The notes under the pieces were generated by a model. The model was not told where the DNA came from and did not search any database. It saw only the letters and a list, made by a program, of their open reading frames with translations. A program made the translations under genes and the position numbers. Positions 41,823-55,160 of a DNA stretch of 64,000 nucleotides are shown piece by piece (position 1 is the stretch's first letter; each line of letters begins with the position of its first letter). Source of the DNA: Dipteris shenzhenensis (taxonomy: Eukaryota); the NCBI GenBank assembly GCA_047967505.1, contig CM106538.1. The stretch is one strand, 5' to 3'.

Positions 41823-42071
41823 CTCAGAGGGTTCACTATGTATAAACCCTCTATATCACGTGCGTTGAAAGCCTATTTTTAAAATCCCTTATCTGTCTAT
41901 TTTTCATTTTACTAAATTGTACCCTTTTTGTATACAAATATGTAATTTTTTTTCCAAAACTTTTTTAAATCCTCCCTTATGTATATTGATTTTTGTACAT
42001 TTTAGAAATAAAAAATATCCTTCTTTTGAACTCATGTGATAGGGTTACATATGATGAGTGACCTCCCCGAG
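41823..42071. mobile_element. MITE (duplicate of 27914-28161)
   Basis: Same TIRs; TSD AATAATCC/AATAGTCC. Confidence 0.85.
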
Positions 42072-43122
42072 AATAGTCCTAAGTAGTTAAGTGAAAATGT
42101 AGAGATAATCGTGTTAAATCAAGCACTTGTTAAATATCTAAAAAACAAGAAAATTCAATGAGCATTGAATAACTTTTGAATCTTTTTTGCCAAAACAAGA
42201 TGAGTCACCAAAATCTGAATAATTTAGATAGAGAAACGATGACTGATATGAAAGAAATTGAGCGATGCCTTTTACCTTGCAGATATTATGGTTAAAAGGG
42301 TGACAATCCTCCACAAGCCCTTGCTAGAGTTTGTAGCATCTGATGAAATTCTAGAGGGTGTTTGTGTTACAGTTTGGGCATCTCATCCATAATCAGACTT
42401 AGATAATCACCAAGGTGGCCTAATTTGGGCAGTAAATATTGCTCAGATAGGAAGGGATGAGAAGGAAATCCCTACAATATTCATAGCCTTATGGTTTGAA
42501 CCAAAGCCTTTGAAAAGTTTGCCAAAAAAATATACATTGAAAAAACTCTATGATTGGTTGCTTGTTGTAACCAAAACATGGATGGGTTCTAGACAAAGAG
42601 GGCTTGACATAGTTGGAAGTGAGTAACATTATCCATTGCTACAAATCGAGGACTTGAATCTTAAAAAGAAGCATGGCTATGACGTTGAAAAATGTATCAT
42701 AATTCCTGATAGTAGCCATGCACATATTAAACATCATTTGGGTACACTTTACCCATCAAGTGAAAATGCAATACCAAAGTTTGATGACTTTGAACGAGAT
42801 TTGAAAGCACAAGATTTAACATATTCTATGCCTTGTTTCAAACAAGTGGTGTATCTTTACACTACCTCTAATATGATATTCAATCAAGTGGTGTATTTAT
42901 ACACCACTTATATGCTGAATTCAAAAAATGCTTTCCATTTGTTATCATATTTTCACGATCAAACATTGAAAACAGAAGGTAGAGATGAGTTGCATAGTAT
43001 TATAACTGAGTCAGATTTTGGAGTTTACTACATCATTATTGAGTGTAGGTCACCACTCACAACTAAGGTGGAATTTTAAGTTTATTAGGCATCGATATTC
43101 ATGTGGAGGTTACCCATGTAGT

Positions 43123-43368
43123 CTCGGGGGAGTCACTCATTATATGTAACCCTATCACGTGAGTTCAACAGAAGGATGTTTTTAATATCTAAATTTAACA
43201 AAAGTTAATTTACATAAGGGAGTATTTAAAACAATTTTCAAAAAAATTTACAGATTTGTATAGAAAAAGAGTGCATTTTATTAATGAAAAATTTACAGAT
43301 AAGGGATTTTAGAAATATGCCTTGAACGCACGTGATATAGAGGGTTTATACATAGTGACCCCCCTGAG
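43123..43368. mobile_element. MITE (duplicate of 26579-26779, 45 bp longer)
   Basis: TSD CATGTAGT at 43115-43122 and 43369-43376. Confidence 0.88.
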
Positions 43369-43794
43369 CATGTAGTGCTGCAAATGTACCCATGATGTCT
43401 AAGTGAGTGGAGGTCATCACTTTAAACTTCACTGAATTTTTAGCTTTGTTAGGCCATATTTGTGTGGACTTGACCCATGTAATGCCCCAATTTTGGAGTT
43501 TACCAAGTGATATTGAGTGGAGGTGACCATTTCAAAAAAAATCCACACAAAGCAAGAAAGTCCAAATCAAAATAGAAAGAAAAAAAAACAAGACTACAAT
43601 CGACCTTTAAGTAAAGGGTAGACTCCAAATCCATATATGCTATTCGAAGACCTAATACTTAAGATTGCTGAAAACATTCCCTTGAACATCTTGAAAGAAT
43701 TTCAGAGCATTTTCATTGCCAAATTTGTCAAATAGAGCTTAGTTATGCATGGTGGATGAGGAAGGGTAGAAACATAGCTTTAAGAAGAAGGTTA

Positions 43795-46700
43795 TTAGGA
43801 GGCAGTAGGGGGCAGGGGGGTGGGGCCAGGAAAGATAGCAAGGGGGATTTTAGCACAGTGGCCTTGGTCTCCATGGAAGACAATCTCTCCCAAGCAATAA
43901 TGATGGTGGCGAGGTTGGCGACCAAGTCCAGGTAGGGTTGCATTGGAACTATGGATATGTTGGTATTGTTGTGGTTGTTGCTGCTGTTGATGTTGCTGAT
44001 GGTGATGATGAACAGAGATGGTGAGGGTGAGGTTGATTGAGGCTCCCGACGATAATGTGAAGGAGGGCGGTGAGATAGTCACTACCAGCGGGGTTCGATT
44101 CTTGTAAAGACTAACTACCGTTGTATACTTCTCGGACATCGTAGCCACATTGGTGATCGTCCGTCTTACTTGCAGTGGACTATGAGGCAGAGCTACCACC
44201 GTGATGGATGGTAGATTCAAGTCTGTTGGTTTACTAGTGCCCGACTGGGAGTACGTTAGCCTTTCGCAGCTAACTCCAGTGACATTATGCACCTCCTCCC
44301 CAGACCTTACTCCGCATGCAAAAGTTATGTAATCCATGAACCCTGCAGAATCCCACTACTGTTAGAAAGATAACCCACTCCTTTCACCATTTTTTAAATT
44401 TTGATCAATCCTCCAAGTCACACACTTCCAACGTTTCCCCGAGTTTTCTGCATAGCTTGCAATGGTTAGATCCCCGTTAGATCTAGATCACGACTCTAAC
44501 TTCTAGCGTGTCAATATGGTGGTTTGCATTCGTAGCTTTCCGTAGGTAGCGAGGCTCCTAGAACTGAGTTTCACTGTACCTGCATCAAAGATCAGACCGG
44601 GATCCATGGCCTCCTTTGCATTCACGAATCCGGACCCGAAATCGAAGGGAGTTGCACGTTTCAAGCTCTCGTCGTTACGGATCATCCATCCCCTATTGTC
44701 CTTTGTGGTTGCAGTAGTTGACAGTGCGGAGGCAATGGCTGCAGGGCTCCACGTTGGGTGCCTTTGCTTGATCAGTGCTGCTACTCCAGCTATGTGGGGT
44801 GCAGCCATACTCGTACCAGATAGAGAAGCGAATCTGGCACCTGTGTGCAATGTGCATAATTCGTTACAATGCATAATCATCAGCAATTTATTCCATAATA
44901 AGTTACAATGCATAATCATTTGCCATGATCATATTGTTGTTGGCGACATGAATAGAAAGAGCGGTTGAATAATTTGTTGGAACGCTCCCATTGCATTCAA
45001 GTCATGAGTTTACCGAAGAATTCGTCGTGGTATTCGTCCTCCATTTCTGCACCTAGGCTATACGCAGCCCAGACGGAGAGACCTGGAGCTAAGATATTGG
45101 GTTTCAGCAAATCGATCGGCTCCTCCGTTGAAATGTTGGCAAAGCTTGGACCTCTTGATGAAAAGACTGTTACGAGGGGCGCTCTGGTTGCGAATTCGCC
45201 CTTTATGTTGCCTAAAATTCTCCCGATCGGATGTTTGACTGAGTTGTAGTAATCAGAAATGGCCTGCCAGAGATACATTTCAAGGCACTGATAAGTTATG
45301 TTGATGATTGAAATCGATTTGAATAGCATTACTTAGATAGAATTCATGGATTTGAATATGCAGCTTTTATTAACACAAATCCATGAATTCTCACCTGTGA
45401 ATCATCGCTTTTATAAACAACAACGGCTGGCGTTTCTACGATGAAGGTAAGCATGTTGCCTCGACTTGAATTGCTGATATCTAGAACAAATCCCACTGCA
45501 CCAAGGTCGTTCACAGTTTTCTCTACAGATAGTAACAGCGACGTATTCATCCGGTCGACGGACTGAGGGAAGACGCACAGGAGGATGCTTCCTTGGGTCA
45601 ACGTTTTGTCGTAAAACTCAGAATGCTGGCATGGAAAGCTTTGATTTGTGAAATTTGTTTTCAAAGCGTTCTTCGCTGCGATCAAAGGGTACATAATTCC
45701 TTCTGAAGTACCCGCTACACAAGGCATGGAAGACATGGGCTAGATGAGATAGAGAATCGCAACGTTAGCAGTCTTAGAACCGAGGATCTCACAGAGATGA
45801 TGAGGTAGGAAAGAAGGTCCAGACTCCACAAGACATGGATCAAATTGCAGTGTACAGAAGCTTAGCAATCCGGGAATCCTCGATGACGAAAGCACAATTA
45901 GTAATCAAAAGACCAGTAATTGATGGGTGAATGATAAGATCTTACATGATAAAGCTACTCCATTCACAGTCAGATTGTTCCCAAGCGCAATGCCCTTCGG
46001 ATACGTCCTATCTGTAGAGCACGCAGCTACCGTCATTACCCAAGGGGAATTAGATTGCATGCTACTCGGCCTGGGGCCTCTATTGCCAGCTGAATTTGCT
46101 GTGAACACTCCGGCTTTGGAAGCAAAGAGCATAGCTATGTCAAACGCGCTCAGGAATGTTGCTATGTTTTCGTCATCCAAGTCGAAGTTCAATGAGATGC
46201 TCAAGATGTTCACTCCGTCTCGAACTGCCTGCATCGAGAAGCGACGATCCATGGAAAGTCTTTTTTCAGCTTAAAAAATTGTGCAAATGTTGAGAAACTA
46301 CACCTGATCGATTGCTGCAACCACATCCGCTTCGTCTGCAACTGAATAAAGACATCGATAAACCGCCAGTCTGGAAAAATGCACGCATGCTTAGATATCA
46401 TCACGCGCACAAGCTACAACAATGTGGATAACACCAGCATCGAATGTTGAAGTGTGCTGCTCTCGATAACTAGGGCGCCAAATTCTTACCGTGCTCTGGG
46501 AGCCATACCACTGGCATTACCAAAAGTCACTCCATTGATAACAACTTGAATGCCTGAATTTCCAGCAGCAGTGGAAGCTGTATGTCTATTAAACCAGCAA
46601 CCTAAGTCAACGAGCTAGTTATGCCAACAGGAACTTCGAGAAGGACAAAGAGGTTTGCAGAAAATAACAGGCAATGCCATGCAAGAAACGTACTCGATCA

Positions 46701-48142
46701 ACACTCGATCTATCGACAACAACCTTTTTTAGGTGAAGGGTTAGGATGATGTAGATGTATGCGATGGGATACAGAGAGGAGCATATTTACGTTCCGTGCC
46801 CGTCTTGATCGAAAGGCGATGCGTAATCCACAGAAGCGTTGAAATTTCCTGAAGCAATGACAGCTTTGTTGAAGAAGCGAGCTGCAACGAGCTTGCCATT
46901 GCAAGATCCGGAAGGGAACATGGGTCCAACGTCGCAACCGCCATGGAAGTTTGGGAGGGTAGGATAAGGCTTGGATGGATCGTCCAGAAAGCTTGGATGG
47001 GTAGGGTCGATGCCTGTATCCACTAATCCAATCACCACTCCCTCTCCTGCATCTTTAATTCCTCCCACATCACGCCACGCACCCCCAGGCAAGCCCAAGA
47101 ACTCCGGAGTATGTGTAGTTTGACGCTTCGCGTGACGGCTACGTTGGATGTGCCTCACCCCCGTTGCTGATGTTAGTAATTCTATCTGCGGCGTCACGAC
47201 ACAATAATTTCTTTCACAATCAATCAGATCATCGATTTGATTTAAAGTTATGAACTTCTCAACATACGTTGATTACGTGTGATATATAACACAACACTTT
47301 TTGCACGTGAATTCCGTCACCCGTGTTTAGTTTTCAAAATGAAGCTCATAACAAATCCCTGAGTAGAAATATGCTTATATTCATATGAACATGACTTCCT
47401 ATGATTGCTACCACGCAATCTCTCGCATAATTTCAAATTTACCTACATGGAATCTCACAGCATTTGCATATAGTTTAATTATCAGGACACTTCTTGTTGA
47501 GCTCAAAACATATCCTCGGTTCTGAGTCTCGAAGCATGATTATCGGGAACGAGGCTATCTGCCGATTGATTCCTTATTTAATCTATCCGAACACAACTTG
47601 TTCCATCCAAATCCAGCATTAGTTCCAAGTATTAATTCTCACTTCATTCACACTTTCGATGTAATAGAAGAACGCCTATGTTATTGCGACTACCTTCTCA
47701 TGGCTGAGCTGAACAGCAAATCCATTCAGAATATGGGTGTAGGAGTAGAGCTTTAGGTAGCCTCCCGGATCCAAAGTCTGTTCCAGCAATGAATCGTGCA
47801 TCTCTGTCAGGTAAGCCGTATACCGTTGAGCTTCTGAGCTGTAGAAACAATAAGCAACATCGGAAACTGAGAGTTCAGCTGTTGACACCCTCCTGGTTTA
47901 TCGCAGGGATAAAGCATAACTTTGAAATTAGACACAGACCCTTGATATCAAGGAATAACGGGACTGGCTTACCTTAAGGCATGCACGTTGGTGCTCTCTG
48001 CAGCACCACTATATCCCAAGAATTTGGTCACGACGGGATCTTCTTCCATAAAAACGATGTAGATATCTGACCCAGATGCAGCGAGCGGCAGAAGCATCAG
48101 CTGCAAGAGTGTGAGCACAGCTGAGAGACGACCACGCGTCAT
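43795..48142 (-). CDS. Subtilisin-like serine protease (S8A, resembles plant SBT2 clade), 10 exons, apparently intact
   Basis: Approximate exons 48142-47973, 47838-47694, 47185-46791, 46585-46490, 46370-46304, 46228-45946, 45714-45396, 45264-45014, 44839-44580, 44342-43795 with GT-AG introns. Signal peptide; I9 propeptide (LYSYTHILNGF); TTHTPEFLGL; triad GLVDTG / GHGTHTASTAAG / GTSMAAPH; PA and Fn3-like domains. Confidence 0.93.
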
Positions 48143-50178
48143 GATGATTGGAAACCTGGTAGGATCTATGAAATGGCTGCGTATTCTTTGGCTGAAATCA
48201 ACTTATAGTGTTAATTCTGCGATGTGAGCTTGAATCTTGTCGTGCGACACGCAATTAGAGGACCTGGGACTGGATTAGCAGCATGTTATGGCTTTGATAG
48301 GTGCATGATCTGCGCCTGCTATTAATGTTAGAATAAGTTTAGTGCAGAACTATGCAATGCGACAGAATGGACGATAATCCAAAGACGCACAAGAGTCCAA
48401 TGAGACTTCAATAATTTTGGACAATCCGCTGGTAGATATGCTACAGGAGCTAAATTACATGCAATAGCATCTATTGACATGTAATTGCAGATGTATATGA
48501 GTTCTACATGGCACCACGGGACTTACGGCCTTTACACACGGGCATGCCCAAGTTTGGTGGGCGGCCAAAATTGCTCTCCCACAGCTCGCTCATGATGCAG
48601 ATTCATTTATTACCTGCGCGGTGGCCTGCGGATGCATAAAGTGCTTTATGTAACCGTCGTTGGCCTCTCCCTCATTGGAGGATCTCTATTTTTGCCTAAC
48701 CTCATCTTTTCCTAATGGGGACTAGGGTCGGCCTATGTTAGCACAAGCGCACTTAACATGTTTTCCTTCTATGACACGTTGCTTTATGCACCTATGTAAA
48801 AGAGATGTTGCAACAACAATGGAGCTTATTTAGTTGTAAAGTCTTTCTCTATGGATGCGGAGGTTTGAGGTTTAAATCCTAGCGAAAGTTTGCATCCATT
48901 GTGGACATTTTGGATAGGGACATTGCAGTATGACGACATGTGCATTGTGGAAATTCTTTGTCATTTTTTTCTTGAGGACTATTTCCGGTAGCTTGGGGAA
49001 AAACCTCATATGCACTAAAGACAAACTTATATAAGCTCACTAGATTTATCCTCATGTCCCACAGTGGCATGGTTCTTATACTTTCGAGGCGATGCCATTA
49101 TTAGACCATTATTATGGCATGTGTTGGAAACATCTCCTTACATTCTTTGGTGGCACCTTGTTGGTAGCTTGTAAGGTGCAACCAAGAGCATTGGTTATCA
49201 ATTTTTAATCCGACAAGACGAATAAGGTTAATTCATCTATTGCGAAGCTTCTTTAGTAATGAACACTATTGAGGGGGTTGAGGGTAGTTCAATACATCGG
49301 GTCATTGTTTGCTTGGGTGTAGCCATTTTTGGTAAAGTTCAGGAACTTTTCTGTATATAGGTATCTTGCATGATCCATAACTTATGCATTGCTCAACGGA
49401 ATTTAGCAAACTTTGTCTTCAAGCTGTAGTACACATTCCAAACTTGAACATGAGAGCAAAAAATTATGGAATTAGGATTTGGAACGAGACATCTTTTTGA
49501 AGCATGCATCTTGAAGACTATAGGATATAGCAATTTATTGATCAAAAACATCAAAATTTTGTTCTATACATACATGCAACCAAGTAATCATTCAAAAGTA
49601 CACTATGTGAACTTCTCCTCAACCCAAGGATACACCCAAATGAGATCATTATCCATGGGTTAACGGGCCTCAAACGTTGTGCTAAAAAGTGATGCATACC
49701 CATTTGAGGGCATGCTCCATAACTTTTTTTTAATTTGTTGAAAAAACCAAAATGGATTGAAATTTTGGAATCCAAACTATTGGGACTAGTGCATGGTGGC
49801 CTTAAAACATTGATAGTTGTTGGTATTCGTATCTAGATTCACCCTAAAATAGAAGAAGTTAGAAAAGTGCAATTTGTGCATGTGAAAAGATATTTTACTA
49901 AATCCAACACTATTTACAATTTTGAATTGTTTCTTTTTCCATGCACTTGCTTTCTATATGGCTCATAAGCATGCCAAAGGTCATTGCATTTAATAATACA
50001 CAGCATCAAGCCCGATAGCATGCCCTTTGGCCTATTTGTGTTTTGAAGCATTTTAGGCCACATTGCACTTGTTTGGGATATCCAATATTACTGACGTGTA
50101 TCAACGAAGGGAGGAAAACTGGTGGCTTAAATTTCGATACTCTCACCAATTTTGAATTTTCACACCTCCCACCCATCA

Positions 50179-53100
50179 AATCTTGGAAGCTTTACTTGCA
50201 ACATACCCCCGCCGTGAAAACGCCCTGCAACTCGCACAGACCTCAACGTGACCTTGCATAGACTTTGGTTTGCCATTGTCTTCTTTCAGGTAAGTTGTCT
50301 TCTATTCTTTGCTTACCTCACAAGCTAGCTTCTCTCTGTTTTGGTTTGTCATTGTCATCTTTCATTGATCGTCACCATGGCAACATGCAGCTCGCCATGG
50401 CTTACAAGAGAAGCAAACAGAGGTTGCAAGATAGAAAAGTTGAAAAGCTTGGTCAGGGCACAAGAAATAGAAGAACCCTTGCGGAGCAACAGTAGGAAGC
50501 AATTGTTTTAGATGTACGCATTCAATCGTTGCTATCATAGCGAAGAAAACAAGCTGTGATGTCACGATTGGTGGTAGCATTTTAGGAAGCAACATTCAAC
50601 CATTCAGGTAAATACCATTCTCGAATCTTCACAAGCTTTAGTCTACACCCTAAAGTTCATAGAGTGACAACCCTACCGACGCCTTGTATTTTCGTGCCAA
50701 AACATCACCACTATTGCAATCAATGCTTCCACTCTTCGTGCATCTCTCGAGAGTTTCTCCAAATAACAAGGACATTTGTAGAAAGCAGGTGGGATGCAAG
50801 ATGTTTGACGAGCACATCATACATATGCTTGATACAATGCAGGTCAGTGGTTGCCTAAACCATCCTGGTGGTTGCTTGTGATTGAGCTTTGGGATAGTTT
50901 ACTTGTTTCATTTCTTGATACAATGCAGGTCAGTGGGGGTGGTTGCCTCAGGCCGGTGGTTGTTTGTGATTGAGCTTTGGGATAGTTTACTAGGCTAGAC
51001 TGGACTTAATGTGATCATCCTAAACCAGCCTGGTGGTTGGAATATCATGCAACTGTGTGGCTAGTTCAGCTCAAACACCAGAACCAGGCTGGCTTGGACT
51101 TAATGTGATTGTCCTAAACCAGCTCGGTGGTTCGAACATCATGCAATCGTGGTTGGGTCAGCTCAAACACCAATTATATGATTGCCCTAAAGCAACCCGG
51201 TGGTTGGAATATCATGCAACCGTGTGGCTAGTTTAGCTCAAACACCAAAACCAGGATGGCTTGGACTTAATGTGATTGTCCTACACCAGCTTGGTGGTTG
51301 GAACATCATGCAATCGTGATTGGGTCAGCTCAAACACCACTTAAGGCTAGAGGAGGTAGGCACGAGCAATGAAATGCATTTTTGTTAGTTTAGGATTACC
51401 TGCAACCCCCCCAAAATATAACTTTTAGTAAATCCCAAACAACCACCGCAATTGTTTAAGTAAATCACAATCAATAAATCCCAAACAAGGAAAAGTATAA
51501 ATCCCAAATAGTATACTAATCCCAAACAACCATTGAGTTTGTTTTAGTGACAAAGATTGTGCATAAGGGACCATCTAATTCACACGCTCAGATTGGCATT
51601 GAGTTGAAATCAGACTATAATACCAATGACTTTGCATCTAGTTCACAAGCTTAGATTAGCATCCAGTCGATTTATCAGGTTGTAATAGCAATAGTTTAGA
51701 ATGAGAACTAGCATTAAGCTGAGATAAACTGTAAGAACATATCACACTATTAGAATTACCATCTAATTGCACATCATGAGCAACCATCTAATCGCACATC
51801 ATGGCTAGACGATGATGTATATGACCACCTATGCTAGACTGGGCTATCAGCAAAGCTGGGTATATGTGCCACCTCTCGTTCCCCCTCATCCCATTGAATT
51901 ATTATGATCTTGGCTCCGATGACCGATAAATTCTCCCACGGCAACCATCTAATCGCTTGTCATGGCTAGACGATGATGTAAATGACCGCCTAGGCTAAGG
52001 CTAGGCTACCAGTAAGCTGGGTGCATGTGCCACCACTCCTCCCTCCTCTTCCTATTGAATTATCATGATCTGGCACTGATGACCAATAAATTATAGCATG
52101 GCAACCATCTAATCGCACGTCATGGCCAGACGATGATGTAGATGATTGCTTACGCTAAGCTGGGCTACCAGAAAAATCCAGCGGGTGGATTGTGTGTCTT
52201 AGCAGTACCAATAAGCACCCAGAGTCACACAAATGACACAAGAAACAAAGGGAAGAAGAGTGGGAGGGCGGCAATTCTATAGCTATATAAAGGCCTTAAG
52301 AGCAGAGAAACAATTCATGCAACCCAAGAAAATTTCTCTCGTACCCCCTTCCATGCTCTCTCCAAGCCCCCTTATACCCCTATGATGAATCTTCTGCTGC
52401 AATCTCGATGCCCCTTCATAATGCTGCCCAAGTCATGGGATCCATTGTTTACATTGGTTCTCCATCCTGCAACACTTTACAAGCCATAGCCATGACCAAG
52501 GGAGTTGTAGGATGGGGAGCCAAGGGAAACGGGTCATCATTGTTCCGTCAAGCACTGGCAAAGGACTCAACTTGGTGATGAGACTCTCATAATTGAGCAT
52601 AACCTTCGATGCTGGGGAAGGAGAACTCAACCTGGTGATAAGCTATAACACACTGAGAGCATGTGTTAGTGTGTTGGAGCTCACCACCAGCTTGAGTTCC
52701 CTATCCACTATCGAATGTTGTGCTAGATTGAACTCACTGCCAAGTTGAGTTCCCTCTTGAAAGAAGCAATTCCTTGATAATCCTGCGAGTGCCTTGAAAG
52801 AAGTTGCAAAGAAGAAAGCAATTCCTTGATAACCAACCATGTTGCAATATGGGGAGCCAAGGGAAACACATCGTCATTGTTCTGTCAGGCATTGGGAGAG
52901 AACTCAACTTGCAGATGAACCTCTCATAATTGCACACAACCTTTGGCATTGGGGAAGGAACTCAACTAGGTTATCAACTCTAACACACTGAGAGCATGCA
53001 TCACTGTGCTGGAGCTCACCACCATATTGAGTTCCCTGTCCACTATCAAATGTTGTGCTCGAGTGAGCTCACCTCCAAGATGAGTTGCCTCTTCTAGTGC

Positions 53101-53514
53101 CTTGAAAGAAGTTGCTATGAAAAAGGCTATTTCAATTACGAGGTGCTCATATTGTCCCATGCATACGAGGAGTTCCAGGTCAAAATTGTAAGAAAGTCCT
53201 ACCTACGATAGCACTACGAGGTGCTCATATTATCCCATGCATACAAAACACCAGGTCAAAAGTGTAAGAAAGTGCTAACAAGAACAAAAAGTGACACCCA
53301 GTCCTGCCACAGTGGTGGTGTTGACAAGTGCTAAAAGTGTTTAAAGAAGTGTCACAAAGATTGTTAAATGTTTGCTTCGGATGTAATTTATTTTGTTTCA
53401 ATTTTGATGTAATACTATTATCGCAAAAACTATTGGATGTAATTTCTTTTGTTTCAATTTCAATGTAGTATCTTATCACCAAAACTATTGTTGCTGTTAC
53501 TTCGGTAGTGAAAG
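50179..53514. repeat. Repeat module A, copy 2 (inverted; carries the Sola2 empty site)
   Basis: Reverse complement of 12515-13252 + 22948-25636. Confidence 0.88.
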
Positions 53515-55160
53515 GATACACGTGGGATTAAGAGGGAGCTCACATCTCCTCATACTCCAGAGCAAAATCCAGTTGCAGAAAAGATGAATCGTACCATTCA
53601 AGAAAGGTTGCAATGCATGCTTTCCAATGCAAGTCTTTCTGGTGGTTTTTGGGCTGAGGCAATGAAGACTGCAGTGCATGTGATCAATAGATCACCTAGT
53701 AAGAGTTTGGATGGTGGTATTCCTGAAGAGGCATGGAGTGGCAAGAAGCCCTCTTACTCTCATTTCTGTATATTTGGGTGTGAGGCATATGCACATGTGC
53801 CAAAAAGAGCTTCGAAAGAAGCTAGATCCTAAGTCTAGGAAATGCATCTTTCTGGGTTATGGTGAAAGTGGAGAGAGGGGCTATCGTCTCTGGGATCCAT
53901 AAGCAAAGAAGATCATGCGCAGCCATGATGTAGTCTTCAATGAGAAGAAGATGCATAAGGCACCCATGAGGGATGTGGAAATGAGGAGAATCACTTTCCA
54001 GGATGTGAATCCACCTGCATATGTTGATAGACAACAAGCTGTCCATGCACCAAATGTGCAAGAAATGGTACCACCAAGTACTCCCATAGGTATAATCAAG
54101 GGTAGATGATGGATCATCTATTGGTGGAAATGATGAGCCAAATGTGGCTGATATGCAAGTGGGACAACAAGCTGAAATGCTCTTGAGAAGATCATCTAGA
54201 GTGTCTAGACCGCCTGATAAGTTTGTTCCAGGGGTAGACTATGTGATGCTTACTAATTGCGGGGAGCCTTCTTTCTACAGAGAGGCTACGATGCGCGAGA
54301 ATCAATGCAAGTTGGAGTATGTTATGCAATCAGAGATGAGTTCACTTATGAAGAATAAGACTTGGGACTTGGTTTCTTTGCCACATGGAAAGAAAGCGTT
54401 GCCATGTAAATGGGTCTACAAAATGAAGGTCACATGTGATGATGTGCCTAGGTACAAGGCCCGTTTGGTCGCTAAAGGGTTCAAGCAAGAGAAGGGTGTG
54501 GACTTTGATGAGATATTCTCTCAAGTTGTGAAGATGACCACACTTAGATGCATGCTTGGACTAGTGGCATCAGAGGATATGGAGCTTATGCAGATGGATA
54601 TCAAGACAGTTTTCTTGCATGGGGATTTGCATGAGAAAATTTACATGGTGCAGTCGGAAGGCTTTGAAGAAAAGGGCAAAGAGCATTTAGTTTGCAAGTG
54701 GAAGAAGAGTCTCTATGGTCTTAAGCAAGCGCCTAGAGAATGGTATCAGAAGTTTGATGCTTTCATTCGGTCCCAGGGTTTTAGAAGGAGTGAAATTGAT
54801 CACTGCCTCTACACTAAAAGGGCTAAGGATAATAGCCTGATAATCTTGGCACTATATGTGGATGATATGCTATTGGCTAGCAAGAATACTTATGAGCTAG
54901 ATGCATTAAAGGCCAAGTTGCATGAGGCCTTTGATATGAAGGATTTGGGATTTGCAGGTCATATTCTTGGTATGCGCATCACGCGTGATCGGAGTAGGAA
55001 ACTCCTTTGGCTTTCACAAAAAGAGTATGTTACAAAAGTATTGCAGCATTTCAATATGGAGGGGGGGAAGGCAGTGAGTACTCCATTGCCTCCATATGTG
55101 AAACTGAGTCATACAGATAGTCCCAAATGAGATGAGGAGAGGGCCATGATGGCCAACGTG
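53515..55160 (+). mobile_element. Middle part of the second copia element (integrase C-terminal half + RT N-terminal part), 5'-truncated
   Basis: AEKMNRTIQE, FWAEAMKTA, YKARLVAKGF, QMDIKTVFLHG, LYVDDML; ends abruptly at DEERAMMANV. Confidence 0.93.

Noticed and set aside
42636-43079. 147-aa ORF between the MITEs
   Set aside because: Non-ATG start, created partly by a ~70-bp deletion relative to the paralogue, internal repeat, no recognisable domain.
25636-44309. Giant TIR element or primary inverted duplication with 4.9-kb arms
   Set aside because: The orientation is explained by a direct duplication plus the later inversion; the arm ends coincide with deletion junctions, not termini.
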